The notes under the pieces are model-generated. The model was not told the origin of the DNA. It did not search any database and saw only the letters and a program-made list of their open reading frames with translations. A program made the position numbers and the translations under genes. DNA of 64,000 nt from a bacterium. Lineage in GTDB: Bacteria > Patescibacteriota > Patescibacteriia > UBA10025. Position 1 is the stretch's first letter, and every line of letters begins with the position of its first letter. Where the stretch lies: positions 3,447 through 67,446 of the forward strand of contig JAKAGM010000001.1 in assembly GCA_021815445.1 (NCBI GenBank), read 5' to 3'. This document shows positions 53,470-63,804 of this stretch, in pieces.

Positions 53470-54009
53470 ATGCTCACCATCATTTTCGAATCTCACGGTA
53501 CGACGTTAGACAATGAGGCCGGCCTTTCCTCGGGTATTTTTGACGTACAATTGTCTGAGCTTGGCAAACGCCAGGCGCGGGAGTTGGGCGACCGGTACCG
53601 CACCACCGACCTCGCCGCTGTCTATTGTTCAGATTTACAACGCTCGTATAAGACTGCCGAAATAGCGTTCAAAGGAAAGAGCATCCCTATCATCCATGAT
53701 GCGCGGCTCCGCGAGTGCGATTACGGAACGTTCACACGGCGTTCGGTCAAAGAGGTTGAAGCACTCAGGGGCGCTCATGTCCATAACCCGTTTCCCAATG
53801 GAGAAAGCTATGAACAGACGACGGCTCGAATGAAAGATTTCTTACGCGACGCGTTGCGCGCCTATGACGGCAAGACAGTCATGATTATCGGTCACCGGGC
53901 GACCCAGTACGGACTTGAACATTGGATTCGCCAAGTTCCTCTGGAAGAAGCTGTCATCGCGTCATGGAAGTGGCAACCTGGGTGGACGTATCAGCTTGAA
54001 GAAATTTAG
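53470..54009 (+). CDS. histidine phosphatase (phosphoglycerate-mutase-like) family protein
   Basis: Start refined to the ATG at 53470. ESHGTTLDNE N-terminal motif and IIGHRAT. Confidence 0.7.
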   Translation: MLTIIFESHGTTLDNEAGLSSGIFDVQLSELGKRQARELGDRYRTTDLAAVYCSDLQRSYKTAEIAFKGKSIPIIHDARLRECDYGTFTRRSVKEVEALRGAHVHNPFPNGESYEQTTARMKDFLRDALRAYDGKTVMIIGHRATQYGLEHWIRQVPLEEAVIASWKWQPGWTYQLEEI

Positions 54010-54122
54010 CGCAGGCCCGCTTCGCCGGATTTCAGCGAGGCGAGCAGAGCCGCCTGCGCTACGTGGTTAAAATAACCGAGCGCGCCCGGCCCTGGGTGCG
54101 CGAGAAAAAATAAGGACAAGAC

Positions 54123-55112
54123 CTAGGAAATAGTTTTTACCAATAAATAGACAGCACCTCCGACGAGCGCGGCGCCGGGGATAGTAAGAAGCCAGGCCCA
54201 GACAATCCTCACCGTAATATCCCATCTCACCGCGGAGATCCGTTTTGCCGCGCCCACTCCGGAAATGGCGCCGGTGATGACGTGCGTCGTGCTGACCGGC
54301 GCGCCGAGAGCAGTGGCGACAAAAATGCTTATCGCGCTCGCGGTCTCGGCGCAGAATCCGTCTAGCGGCCGCAGCTTGGTAATTTTCTGTCCCATCGTTT
54401 TCACGATGCGCCAGCCTCCCGAGAGTGTACCGAGTGCGATAGCCGTGTGAGCACTGAGAACAACCCATAGCGGGACGTGGAAACTTTTGAGAAATCCAGC
54501 TGTGACAAGAAGGCTCGTGATGATACCCATGGTTTTTTGCGCATCATTCCCGCCGTGGCCTAAACTGTAGAGCGCGGCGGAAACCAGCTGGAATCGCCGG
54601 GACCATTTCGTGATGACCGCGGGACGCCTGTTCCGCACCATCCACATCGTGATAACCATAAAGAGGAGGCCCAGAACGAGGCCAATGCCCGGCGCCAGGA
54701 CAAGGAAAACCAGCGTTTTTATCCACCCGCTGGCAATAATAACGCCGAATCCGCCTTTTACGATAGCCGCTCCCGCGTATCCTCCTATCAACGCGTGGGA
54801 TGAGCTTGTCGGGAGCCCGAGATACCAGGTGAAAAGGTTCCAACTGATCGCGCCAAGGAGCCCGCCGAAGATGACCTTAGGCGTGACGAGGGAGATATCA
54901 ATAAGTCCCTTGCCTATTGTCGCCGCGACGGCAGTGCCGAAGATAAGAAAAGCGACGAAATTGAAAAATGCCGCCCACGCGACAGCCTGCCGGGGGGTGA
55001 GGACGCGCGTGGAGACAATTGTAGCTATCGAGTTCGCCGCATCGTGGAGGCCGTTTGTGTAATCAAACGCTAGCGCGATCAGGATGATGATGACCACGAA
55101 GATGAGGTTCAT
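54123..55112 (-). CDS. pitA: inorganic phosphate transporter, PiT family
   Basis: FDYTNGLHDAANSIAT and GHGGNDAQKTMG repeats in a polytopic protein. Confidence 0.9.
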   Translation of the reverse strand: MNLIFVVIIILIALAFDYTNGLHDAANSIATIVSTRVLTPRQAVAWAAFFNFVAFLIFGTAVAATIGKGLIDISLVTPKVIFGGLLGAISWNLFTWYLGLPTSSSHALIGGYAGAAIVKGGFGVIIASGWIKTLVFLVLAPGIGLVLGLLFMVITMWMVRNRRPAVITKWSRRFQLVSAALYSLGHGGNDAQKTMGIITSLLVTAGFLKSFHVPLWVVLSAHTAIALGTLSGGWRIVKTMGQKITKLRPLDGFCAETASAISIFVATALGAPVSTTHVITGAISGVGAAKRISAVRWDITVRIVWAWLLTIPGAALVGGAVYLLVKTIS

Positions 55113-55128
55113 GCTCGTTGTCGCTCCG

Positions 55129-55755
55129 CTACGCTGTCTTAATTACGATGCCCTCAATAACGTTCGCCACATCCTCGCAGCGGTCTGACGCAATCTCGAG
55201 CCGACCGTAGATTTCTTTGAGCCTGATCAGGTCTTTCAACTGCTCTACCGTTTCCGCATGTTCAAAAAGGGAAGCTGTTGCAGACTGACAGATGAGGTCG
55301 GCCCGGTTTTCAAGCGTGTTGATCTCCTCGCAAAACGAGTGGACGTGTTCAAGCGTTTTGAGCCGGGCAATCGCCTCGTAAATCTGGCATACCGCCTTGT
55401 TGATTATCGTTACGAGTTCTACCAGCTGGGGTGTCGGCTCTTTGATGCCAAAAAAATTCAGTCTGCTCGCCACTCCCTCAATGCAGTCGAGCACATCGTC
55501 GAGTCCGCTGGCAAGCTCGTGGATATCTTCCCGGTCAAACGGGGTGATAAACGTTTCGCGCAGACGGGTAAAAATATCATGGGTGATGGCGTCCCCCTCG
55601 TGCTCGATGTGTTCGATTTTCCTATATTTTTTCTCGATGTCGACATAGTTGTTCACCATCTCGTCGAGCGCTTCAATCCCTTCTTTGACTTTATTCGCTT
55701 GCAATTTAAAAAGCTCAAAGAATTTTTCCTCCTTTGGCAAAAGATTAAATTTCAT
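55129..55755 (-). CDS. DUF47/PhoU-like phosphate transport regulator
   Basis: A 208-aa helical protein in the usual pairing upstream of pit. DREDIHELASGLDDVLD motif. Confidence 0.8.
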   Translation of the reverse strand: MKFNLLPKEEKFFELFKLQANKVKEGIEALDEMVNNYVDIEKKYRKIEHIEHEGDAITHDIFTRLRETFITPFDREDIHELASGLDDVLDCIEGVASRLNFFGIKEPTPQLVELVTIINKAVCQIYEAIARLKTLEHVHSFCEEINTLENRADLICQSATASLFEHAETVEQLKDLIRLKEIYGRLEIASDRCEDVANVIEGIVIKTA

Positions 55756-55845
55756 AGGTGCCCGAGAATATTGAATAATTCTACATTCTTTATATCATAC
55801 TTTTTGACCTCAGGTCAAAGCAAAAAAAGAACCTCACCAGGAGGT

Positions 55846-56343
55846 TCATGGCCAAGGTTCGATGTGTTCGGGAAGCTCAGTAACTTCTTCGAGATGATAC
55901 CAGAGAATTGTTTTCTCGCTGGTATTGTCGAGATGAAAATGTCCGACGAATCGCTCACCGAGCAGGAGCATAGGCAGGAAGTAGCTGTCGTTCGACCACA
56001 TGTCCGGGTAAGGGATTCCGTCGAGGGAAAACCAGCCAGGAATCATCTCGTCGGTCTCGCGGGGTTCACCGGAGAATTCCCGGCTCGAGAACACGTGGAG
56101 CTCGACTTCGAGCGGACTCTCGGCGTAGGTGATGAGTACCACGCCGTGCTTTGTGAGATTCCGGGGGCGTATTCCGCTTTCGTCGAATGTCTCACGCACT
56201 GCTGTCTGTTCGATAGTCTCGCCGCTTTCATTGTGGCCTCCGTACCCCGTCCAGAGACCGGCTCCAAGGCGGACTTTCTTATGTCCCAGCAAAATGTGCG
56301 TCTCCGTGAGGAGGAAGCACAGTGTCATTGCAGTTGGCGGCAT
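55846..56343 (-). CDS. NUDIX hydrolase (MutT-like)
   Basis: Nudix box GGHNESGETIEQTAVRETFDESGI. GGAGG lies 4 nt upstream of the ATG. Confidence 0.85.
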   Translation of the reverse strand: MPPTAMTLCFLLTETHILLGHKKVRLGAGLWTGYGGHNESGETIEQTAVRETFDESGIRPRNLTKHGVVLITYAESPLEVELHVFSSREFSGEPRETDEMIPGWFSLDGIPYPDMWSNDSYFLPMLLLGERFVGHFHLDNTSEKTILWYHLEEVTELPEHIEPWP

Positions 56344-56553
56344 GCACCCTCCTTTTCAGAGAATTGTGTGATGGATCTTTATAAAGATCAAATCGTACAG
56401 GTTCTTTTAACCACGGGCTGGAGAATGTGTCAATATCTTCCTTTTTCGTAGCAAGGACCTTTAGGTCCGACGCCCCAACTACATTGTTGCTGTGGGTCTA
56501 AAGACCCTTGCTACACAGTCGATGTTCCGCTACACTGAGTGTACTTCCCTGAT

Positions 56554-59553
56554 ATGGAAGCACCACAAAAGCCCGTAAAAACCCGCGCGTCTGTTCCAAA
56601 CTTCCCCAAACTTGAGGAAGGCGTTTTAGATTTTTGGGATAAAGAGCGGATTTTCCAAAAGACGCTCGAAAAGACGGCCGGCGGAAAACGGTTTGTTTTC
56701 TTTGAAGGCCCGCCGACAGCGAACGGATTGCCCGGCATCCACCATGTGATTGCGCGTGCGTTTAAAGATATTATCGTCCGGTACAAAGCGCTCCGCGGTT
56801 TTTTTGTCGAGCGCAAAGCCGGCTGGGACACGCACGGCCTGCCTGTGGAAATCCAAGTCGAGAAAGCGCTGAAACTTTCCGGGAAAAAACAGATCGAGGA
56901 CTACGGGATAGAAAAGTTTAACGCGAAATGCAAAGAGAGCGTTCTGGAATACAAAAAAGAGTGGGAAACGCTCACCAAGCGCATCGGATTTTGGCTCGAT
57001 ATGGAGCATCCATACATGACCTATACGAATGATTACATCGAATCGCTCTGGTGGCTTATCAGGCAGATTTGGAGCAAAGGGCTGCTCTATAAAGGACACA
57101 AGGTAGTCCCGCACTGTCCGCGTTGCGGTACGGCGTTATCGAGCCACGAAGTGGCGCAGGGATATAAGGATGTGACTGAAGATTCTGTCTTTGTGAAATT
57201 CGAGGTAAAAAATCCAGAAAGGGTTGGGATGAAGGGCCCATTATTTATTCTTTCATGGACGACTACACCGTGGACACTGCCGGGGAATGTTGCGCTTGCG
57301 GTGGGAGCGGATATTAAATATGTTGCAGTCACGATTGGTAGTGAAACATATATTCTTGCTGAGGACAGGGTTAGTTCGGTAATTGAATTTCCACTTGGGA
57401 AAAAACTTGAGTCAGAAAAACCCTTAGACCCGAGCACAAAAATACAAAAGGGCTTAAAAGGAAAAGATCTCGTCGGACTGGAGTATGAACCCCTCTATCC
57501 AGTAATCCCCCTCGAAGGAAAAAAAGCCTATTACGTCGCTCCGGCAGACTTTGTAACCACTGATGAGGGAACGGGCGTGGTGCATACCGCTGTCATGTAC
57601 GGCGAAGATGACTACACTCTCGGAGAAAAGCTTGATTTGCCTAAGCATCATACAGTTCACCGCGACGGTACATTCACCGACGAATTGCCAAAATGGAAAG
57701 GCATGTTTGTCAAAGATGCCGAGAAAGATATTATTGAGGATCTCCGTTCACGAGGCCTACTTTATAATGCGGTTTCGCATACACATTCATACCCCTTTTG
57801 CTGGCGATGCGGCACGCCGCTTCTCTATTACGCGAAAGACAGCTGGTTTATCGCGATGTCAAAGCTTCGTGAACAACTGGTGGCGAATAACCAGCAGATC
57901 AACTGGGTTCCGTCACATATTAAAGATGGCCGGTTCGGAGAATGGCTCAAAGAGGTGAAAGATTGGGCATTCTCGCGCGAACGGTATTGGGGGACACCAT
58001 TACCTATTTGGGAGTCAGCTAACGGCGAAAAAATCTGTGTCGGTTCATACGAGGAACTCCGTTCCTTAGCGAAAGACAAATCATTGGTGGGGGAGACATT
58101 TGACCCTCATAGGCCGTTTGTCGATAACATAACTCTCGTCAAAAATGGTAAAGAATATACACGCGTGAACGAAGTCATCGACGTGTGGTTTGATTCGGGA
58201 TCGATGCCGTTTGCCCAGTGGCACTACCCGTTCGAAAACGCTGAGCGGGTTGACGGCGGACTCAGTTTTCCCGCCGACTATATTTCAGAAGCGATTGACC
58301 AGACGCGGGGATGGTTTTATACCCTTCTCGCAATTTCCACATTACTCGGCAAGGGCGCTCCGTATAAAAACGTCATCTGCCTCGGGCATATTTTAGATGA
58401 AAAAGGCCAGAAGATGTCGAAGTCAAAAGGAAACATCTTGAAACCGTACGACGTGATTGATACATACGGGGCTGACCCGCTCCGCATGTATCTCGCCACG
58501 ATGAACCCGCCGGGCGAACCGAAGCGGTTCGATACCAAAGGACTTGATGAAGTGGTCAAAAAATATTTCTTTACGCTCTGGAATGTCACTGAGTTCTATT
58601 TGCTGTATGCTAGCCATGGTCCGGCAGCCGAGATTAAGCCGGTGGACGTTCTCGACAGGTATATCCTTGCGCGGCTGGCACAGCTCGTGGAGCAGGCGAC
58701 ACGGGCATTTGACGCGTTCGATGTCTATACAGTCGGCCGGAAACTGATGGAGTTCGCCACGGAGCTGTCCACGTGGTACGTGAGACGGTCGCGGGAACGG
58801 TTCAAACATGGCGGCGAGGAAGCCCAGCAGGCTGTCAGCACATTGGGGAAGGTGCTCAAAACCCTCGCGCAACTTATGGCCCCATTAACGCCGATGTACG
58901 CCGATATTATCTGGAAAAAACTCGATCCACAGGCAGTTTCCGTGCACTTGAGTTCGTGGCCGGAAAGCGGGGGAGACGCAGATGAGGATTTACTCGATGC
59001 CATGGAAACAGTGCGCCTCGTCAGCGAGCTTGGGCATGCCCTGAGAGCCGAACACGCTTTGCGCGTACGCCAGCCATTGCCGCAGTGCGTGCTCATCGGC
59101 AAACGGATTCCCGACGCATTTATCCGCCTCGTGGCAGAAGAGCTTAATGTAAAAGAGGTTAACTTTGGCACCAAGGCTCCTACAGGCACAGAGTTCGCCA
59201 AAAAAGAATCTGGCGGACTCACCGTGGTTCTCGATACCACCATCACTGACGAACTGCTCCAGGAAGGGATGCTGCGAGACATCATTCGCCATATCAATGC
59301 CCAACGCAAAGCACTCGGTTTTACACTTGCAGACACCGCGTGTATCACGTACGTTACGGAAGATGAAGATATTGTGAAACTCCTCGAACACTTTACCGAT
59401 GTATTACTCAAAGACACGCTGTCGTCTACGCTGCAGCATGCCGAGTCCGAGGAAAAGCTCGCCGGCGCCGGTGAGCCGCTCAAGGTGAAATACGGCACTG
59501 TGCGTTTTGGGTTGGAGAAAATTGCCGAAGCTTCATCCCGCTCAAACAGCTGA
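56554..59553 (+). CDS. ileS: isoleucine--tRNA ligase
   Basis: PPTANGLPGIHH (HIGH-type) and KMSKSKGN. ATG at 56554 is preferred over the track's GTG at 56539, but the start is uncertain. Confidence 0.92.
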   Translation: MEAPQKPVKTRASVPNFPKLEEGVLDFWDKERIFQKTLEKTAGGKRFVFFEGPPTANGLPGIHHVIARAFKDIIVRYKALRGFFVERKAGWDTHGLPVEIQVEKALKLSGKKQIEDYGIEKFNAKCKESVLEYKKEWETLTKRIGFWLDMEHPYMTYTNDYIESLWWLIRQIWSKGLLYKGHKVVPHCPRCGTALSSHEVAQGYKDVTEDSVFVKFEVKNPERVGMKGPLFILSWTTTPWTLPGNVALAVGADIKYVAVTIGSETYILAEDRVSSVIEFPLGKKLESEKPLDPSTKIQKGLKGKDLVGLEYEPLYPVIPLEGKKAYYVAPADFVTTDEGTGVVHTAVMYGEDDYTLGEKLDLPKHHTVHRDGTFTDELPKWKGMFVKDAEKDIIEDLRSRGLLYNAVSHTHSYPFCWRCGTPLLYYAKDSWFIAMSKLREQLVANNQQINWVPSHIKDGRFGEWLKEVKDWAFSRERYWGTPLPIWESANGEKICVGSYEELRSLAKDKSLVGETFDPHRPFVDNITLVKNGKEYTRVNEVIDVWFDSGSMPFAQWHYPFENAERVDGGLSFPADYISEAIDQTRGWFYTLLAISTLLGKGAPYKNVICLGHILDEKGQKMSKSKGNILKPYDVIDTYGADPLRMYLATMNPPGEPKRFDTKGLDEVVKKYFFTLWNVTEFYLLYASHGPAAEIKPVDVLDRYILARLAQLVEQATRAFDAFDVYTVGRKLMEFATELSTWYVRRSRERFKHGGEEAQQAVSTLGKVLKTLAQLMAPLTPMYADIIWKKLDPQAVSVHLSSWPESGGDADEDLLDAMETVRLVSELGHALRAEHALRVRQPLPQCVLIGKRIPDAFIRLVAEELNVKEVNFGTKAPTGTEFAKKESGGLTVVLDTTITDELLQEGMLRDIIRHINAQRKALGFTLADTACITYVTEDEDIVKLLEHFTDVLLKDTLSSTLQHAESEEKLAGAGEPLKVKYGTVRFGLEKIAEASSRSNS

Positions 59554-59558
59554 ACGCC

Positions 59559-60314
59559 ATGGCAACTTTTTCTACTGAAGGCGTCGTGCTCTCCCATTCG
59601 TCGCCTACCGATTCAGGAAGGCTAGTGACGCTGTATACCTGGGGGCACGGCAAGCTCCAAGCGCGCCTCCGTGGAAGCCATAAGACACTCAGTAAGCTCG
59701 CAGGGAACATGGAGCCGTTTTGCGACGGGCTTTTTTTCCTTGCCCACGGGCCGGGCGGGTACACTGTTATCGGCGTCGATGCCGCCTCGCCGCGGAGCGC
59801 GCTCAAGCGAAAGCTCCAGACGACGGCCGCTGCAAGCATCGTTGCGGAAGCTGTCATACGCCTTACGCATGACCAGCAGCCTGACCGCAGGCTTTTTGCC
59901 GTCGTACAGTCCGTCTTTTCTTTTCTTGACCAGAAAGCGCTTCGGACAGGATCTCTCTTGCTCCTCATCACATGGTTTTTCCTCCGTTTCTTTTCTTTGC
60001 AGGGAAGCGGACTCGAGTTTTCACAATGCGTGCGCTGCAGGAAAAAGCTCACCCCCGGGACGCTCAGCATTAGTTTCTCGCTTGGCGGCGCTCTCTGCGG
60101 AGAATGCGGGAGACTGACTTCCGATGCGCAAGCTTTGCGGGCTGATACGCTCAAGCTTTTTCGCCTCCTCAACGAGGCTCCGCTCGCTGACGTCCTTCGT
60201 GTAAAGACTTCGACAGCCAGCCTTGTCCAGGCGCTCAACGTCGTTTCACGGCTGTATCGCTATCACCTCGAGGATAGCTCGCCGGCGCAACAATTCTTTC
60301 AGGCGCTCTCCTGA
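59559..60314 (+). CDS. recO: DNA repair protein RecO
   Basis: OB-fold N-terminus (EGVVLSHSSPTDSGRLVTLYT) and a CVRC...CGEC zinc motif. Confidence 0.85.
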   Translation: MATFSTEGVVLSHSSPTDSGRLVTLYTWGHGKLQARLRGSHKTLSKLAGNMEPFCDGLFFLAHGPGGYTVIGVDAASPRSALKRKLQTTAAASIVAEAVIRLTHDQQPDRRLFAVVQSVFSFLDQKALRTGSLLLLITWFFLRFFSLQGSGLEFSQCVRCRKKLTPGTLSISFSLGGALCGECGRLTSDAQALRADTLKLFRLLNEAPLADVLRVKTSTASLVQALNVVSRLYRYHLEDSSPAQQFFQALS

Positions 60315-60349
60315 GCAGTTGTTTATGGCACCGCTCCCTGCTATACTTT

Positions 60350-62335
60350 ATGCGTACCGAGCGTATGAAAAAAAACTATAAACCATTCACTCCCCCCAAG
60401 CGCCAGGCTTCGGAGGAGGAAGATGCAGACAAGGAACAACATATCCCGATACGCGATGTCCGCACTGATGACGTTCCCCGATCCGGCGTGAGGAAATTTT
60501 CAGTCAAGCGCATCGCTGAGATTTACCAGGACGACGGCAAGCTTCCTGACATGTCAAAAATAGTCCGCAAGGATCCGCACAGAAAGCGGACAGTATTCAC
60601 TTTGATCATCGTCGCGCTTGTGGTACTTCTCGGAGCTTCACTCGGGGGTTTTTATCTTTTTAACCAGAGTCGCAATACGTTCTCGGGAAACAACATTAAT
60701 GTGACCGTCAAGGGGCCGCAACTGGCGACATCAGGTGATGACATGACGCTCACTGTTACCATCCACAATGGCGAGAAGATCTCCCTCACGCATGGGGAGC
60801 TCACTGTGCTGTATCCTACGAATTTCCAGTTTGGCTCCGCCCAGCCGTCTCCTCTGGCTGACCGCCAGAATATCTGGGAGGTCGGGGATGTCGGTGCAGG
60901 GAAAGATATACAAATTGTGTTGCGCGGATCTCTTGTCGGGGAAGTGGGGGACAAGAAGCTTTTCTCTCTCACATTCGCCTATGTCCCGCAGAATTTCAAT
61001 TCCGAGTTTCAGGAATCCGTTAATTTTACCGTTACGCTCGGCTCATCAATCATCAGCTTGAAGCTTGATGCCCCTTTGCGGGTCGGTGTAGGGAAAGACA
61101 GCGAATTTAAAATTACTTACCGCAACGAGTCAGATAAAGATATTGATCGTGTCCGCATCCAGGCGACCTATCCTGACGGGTTTTCTGTCATCAGCAGCGC
61201 ACCGCAAGCCAAAGAGGGGACAAACGTCTGGGATATCGACAAGCTGAAAAGCGGGGAGAGCGGCACCATCTCCATCCACGGCACGTTGGCGGGCAACGGA
61301 GGGGAAAATAAGGAGTTTAAAGTACAGGCAGGTCTACTCGCCCAGGACAATACCTTCCGCCTCCAAGTGGAAAAATCCGCGCTTATTCTCCTGCTCAAGC
61401 CGGAGCTTTCGCTCACCCTTACGGCGGGCGGCAGTGAAAAAGGCGGTATCGCCGCACTTGGGGATCTCATTTCATATTCCCTCGCGTACACTAATAACGG
61501 CGATGTCGAGGTGAAAAATGTCGAAATCACCGTCACGCTCGCGTCTCCTATTGTCGACTGGGATCATATCATCGACCCGCAGAAAGGCAAAATGGATGCT
61601 ACGACGATTACCTGGACATCCGACCAAATTGCCGCGCTGGCTTCAGTGAAACCGAACGAAGGCAGTACAATTACTTTTTCGGTGCCAGTCATGTCCGCGC
61701 TGACCGCCAAGACGCTTGCGAAAAACCTTTCACTTATCGCGAGCGCCAAGGCAAAGTCGCAGAAGGTCACTGACCTCGAGGGGCAGGCATTTGAGACCGA
61801 GAGCAACACGACGGTGACGAAGATAGCCAGTACCTTCACGTTCAAGGCCGAGGCGCGGTATTACAATGACGAATTTCTCCAGGTGGGTTACGGTCCGCTC
61901 CCGCCCACTGTCGGTCAAAAAACCACCTACAGGATTTTTTGGAACCTTGCGAATACGAGCAACGAAGTGACTGACGTTGTGGTAAAGACGACGTTGCCGG
62001 ATAATGTCATCTGGACGGGGACGACATCGGTGTCTGCGGGCGAGAAGCTTGTCTATGACGATGCCGCGCGCACAGTAACGTGGAAAATCAACAGAATCCC
62101 TGTCGGCGTAGGGATTACTCTCCCCGAGCTTGAGGCGTACTTCGATCTGACGGTGACGCCCACCTCAGCGGATGTCGGCAAAATACTCGTCTTGAGCGAA
62201 AAGTCCGAGGCGACGGGCGTCGATTCATATACCGAGCAGAAGCTCGATATCACGAAGGAGCTTCTCACCACTGACTTAAGCTCAGACCCCAACGCCAAGG
62301 GAAAGGGGATAGTCGCCGAGGCAAAGACGCCGTAG
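60350..62335 (+). CDS. TM-anchored large surface protein with DUF11/CARDB-like beta-sandwich repeats
   Basis: TM segment (VFTLIIVALVVLLGASLGGFYLF) followed by repeated units of the form ...ITYRNESDKDIDRVRIQATYPDGF... and ...YTNNGDVEVKNVEITVTL... Confidence 0.6.
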   Translation: MRTERMKKNYKPFTPPKRQASEEEDADKEQHIPIRDVRTDDVPRSGVRKFSVKRIAEIYQDDGKLPDMSKIVRKDPHRKRTVFTLIIVALVVLLGASLGGFYLFNQSRNTFSGNNINVTVKGPQLATSGDDMTLTVTIHNGEKISLTHGELTVLYPTNFQFGSAQPSPLADRQNIWEVGDVGAGKDIQIVLRGSLVGEVGDKKLFSLTFAYVPQNFNSEFQESVNFTVTLGSSIISLKLDAPLRVGVGKDSEFKITYRNESDKDIDRVRIQATYPDGFSVISSAPQAKEGTNVWDIDKLKSGESGTISIHGTLAGNGGENKEFKVQAGLLAQDNTFRLQVEKSALILLLKPELSLTLTAGGSEKGGIAALGDLISYSLAYTNNGDVEVKNVEITVTLASPIVDWDHIIDPQKGKMDATTITWTSDQIAALASVKPNEGSTITFSVPVMSALTAKTLAKNLSLIASAKAKSQKVTDLEGQAFETESNTTVTKIASTFTFKAEARYYNDEFLQVGYGPLPPTVGQKTTYRIFWNLANTSNEVTDVVVKTTLPDNVIWTGTTSVSAGEKLVYDDAARTVTWKINRIPVGVGITLPELEAYFDLTVTPTSADVGKILVLSEKSEATGVDSYTEQKLDITKELLTTDLSSDPNAKGKGIVAEAKTP

Positions 62336-62532
62336 GAACATTGAGCGTAGAAGTATTTATTTATCCCACCACTCCGAGCTTGCCTGCCCGCCCCTGGAGG
62401 GACCCGGAGTCCCGTTGTCGTACTTCGGAATGCTGAGCCCAATAGACAGTCTTTGCTGCGGGAAAAAAGTGTGTGTAACAAGGACCTTTAGGTTCGTAAG
62501 CCAGCGGCCATTTTCGCCAGCTCTTGGCAGTC

Positions 62533-62561
62533 TTGACAAAAACCCCAGGATATGATAGTAT
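62533..62561 (+). promoter_or_regulatory. promoter with extended -10 (TTGACA-...-TGaTAGTAT)
   Basis: TTGACA at 62533-62538 and TGaTAGTAT at 62553-62561, followed by a leader of about 140 nt. Confidence 0.55.
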
Positions 62562-62708
62562 ACGCGGTTACGCTAGTACTTCTTTATGTTCTTTGATAAC
62601 TCGCTTACGCAGTTAGTTCGCAGTTAACGCACAGCAGTAATTGGACATAACGTCCATCGTCTCCAACAAACGGTCTTCACCGCATGGTGCAAGGCTAAGG
62701 GAGGTCCC

Positions 62709-63731
62709 GTGGAAAGCAAGAGTCACGTAGTTGTGGTCCCCAACGAGCTGACCATTGACAAGATGTTTTCACTCTTTGTGTACACGAGGGAGGTTCTTGG
62801 GTTTACCCTCGAACAAATGGACATCCACTTCGAGGATGAATATCTCGGGAAGGGTATTCCTGAAGGCATCCCTGACATTGACGTCAGGCAAAAGTACAAC
62901 AAGCGCGGGTTCGGATCCGCGCTGGAGTGCCTCGCCAGGGTATTTCCGAAACTCCACCGGGTACTCGGCATGGATCACCTCATTGATATCCTGAACAGGA
63001 ACAACAAGACAGGATATCTCAAATCTGACTCGTTGAGCCTCGTATGGCTTATTCGCCAAATGCCCCGCCTGGCTCACAACTGCTCACCACGGCAGCACCG
63101 GCTGTACATCATCGGACTATTCTGGTCGGTGTGCGAGATCTACTTCGCTGCCGCACAGAACGACGAAAACTGTGGTCTTGATACCGTAACCTCGCTTCAA
63201 AACCCTTTCACGATGGAGGGGTACATGAAGATGTGGGACACCATCGAGTCGGCGTATGAGGGCGATCCGCGCTTCAGTGAGTTCGACGAACTGTTCACTC
63301 GGGCTGACGCACGCGAGGAGCAGGCCCAGGAGCGAGCGATCGCAATCCAGCCGACGCACACCTTCGAGGTGAGATCCATCAACGGCGGCAAGGTTGTCGG
63401 TCACTACATCGAGAGCGATGACGATCGCGTCCCGCGCCGGTATTTTCACCTACATCCTGAAGTTCTGGTGCTGTTGGCGCGGAAACCGGAAAAGCGGAAC
63501 TACGCCGTGTTTACTCGCGGCAGTCAGAACCTCAATCCGTTGTTCCAGGCTCTCTCGAACCAGGAGCCGGATCGCTGGGATCTGGTTCCCGGAGGAGGCA
63601 GTGCAATGCTGCTCAACGGATCCAGCACTCGTGCGCGCCAGGCTTCGGACTTGAAGCCATTGGAGCTGATTGAGCTCGTCACCACTCATCTCCGGTATCG
63701 GTCGCGCAGTGAGGCAAGGCGGCGCAAGTAG
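62709..63731 (+). CDS. hypothetical soluble protein (340 aa), no recognisable family
   Basis: GTG start 4 nt after AAGGGAGG. The gene has its own promoter and terminator. Confidence 0.55.
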   Translation: MESKSHVVVVPNELTIDKMFSLFVYTREVLGFTLEQMDIHFEDEYLGKGIPEGIPDIDVRQKYNKRGFGSALECLARVFPKLHRVLGMDHLIDILNRNNKTGYLKSDSLSLVWLIRQMPRLAHNCSPRQHRLYIIGLFWSVCEIYFAAAQNDENCGLDTVTSLQNPFTMEGYMKMWDTIESAYEGDPRFSEFDELFTRADAREEQAQERAIAIQPTHTFEVRSINGGKVVGHYIESDDDRVPRRYFHLHPEVLVLLARKPEKRNYAVFTRGSQNLNPLFQALSNQEPDRWDLVPGGGSAMLLNGSSTRARQASDLKPLELIELVTTHLRYRSRSEARRRK

Positions 63732-63757
63732 CGTCGCGCGTAAGCAAGTTGGACATG

Positions 63758-63804
63758 GCCCGGGGTCACGAGACATTTCGTCTTTGTGACCGCCGGGCTT
63801 TTTT
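63758..63804 (+). terminator. intrinsic terminator
   Basis: gcccggggtcac...gtgaccgccgggc stem followed by a T6 run. Confidence 0.65.

Noticed and set aside
55258-56451. A 397-aa ORF on the + strand, together with other long antisense ORFs: 27433..28407, 58725..59597, 59480..60238, 7440..8249, 4058..4768, 21767..22396 and 33202..33675.
   Set aside because: Each lies antisense to a gene with clear family motifs (DUF47/NUDIX, glpX, ileS, recO, nrdJ, ftsA, glnA and the 656-aa membrane protein). Their translations are R/S/P-rich with low complexity and no motifs. Long shadow ORFs are expected opposite GC-rich, codon-biased genes.
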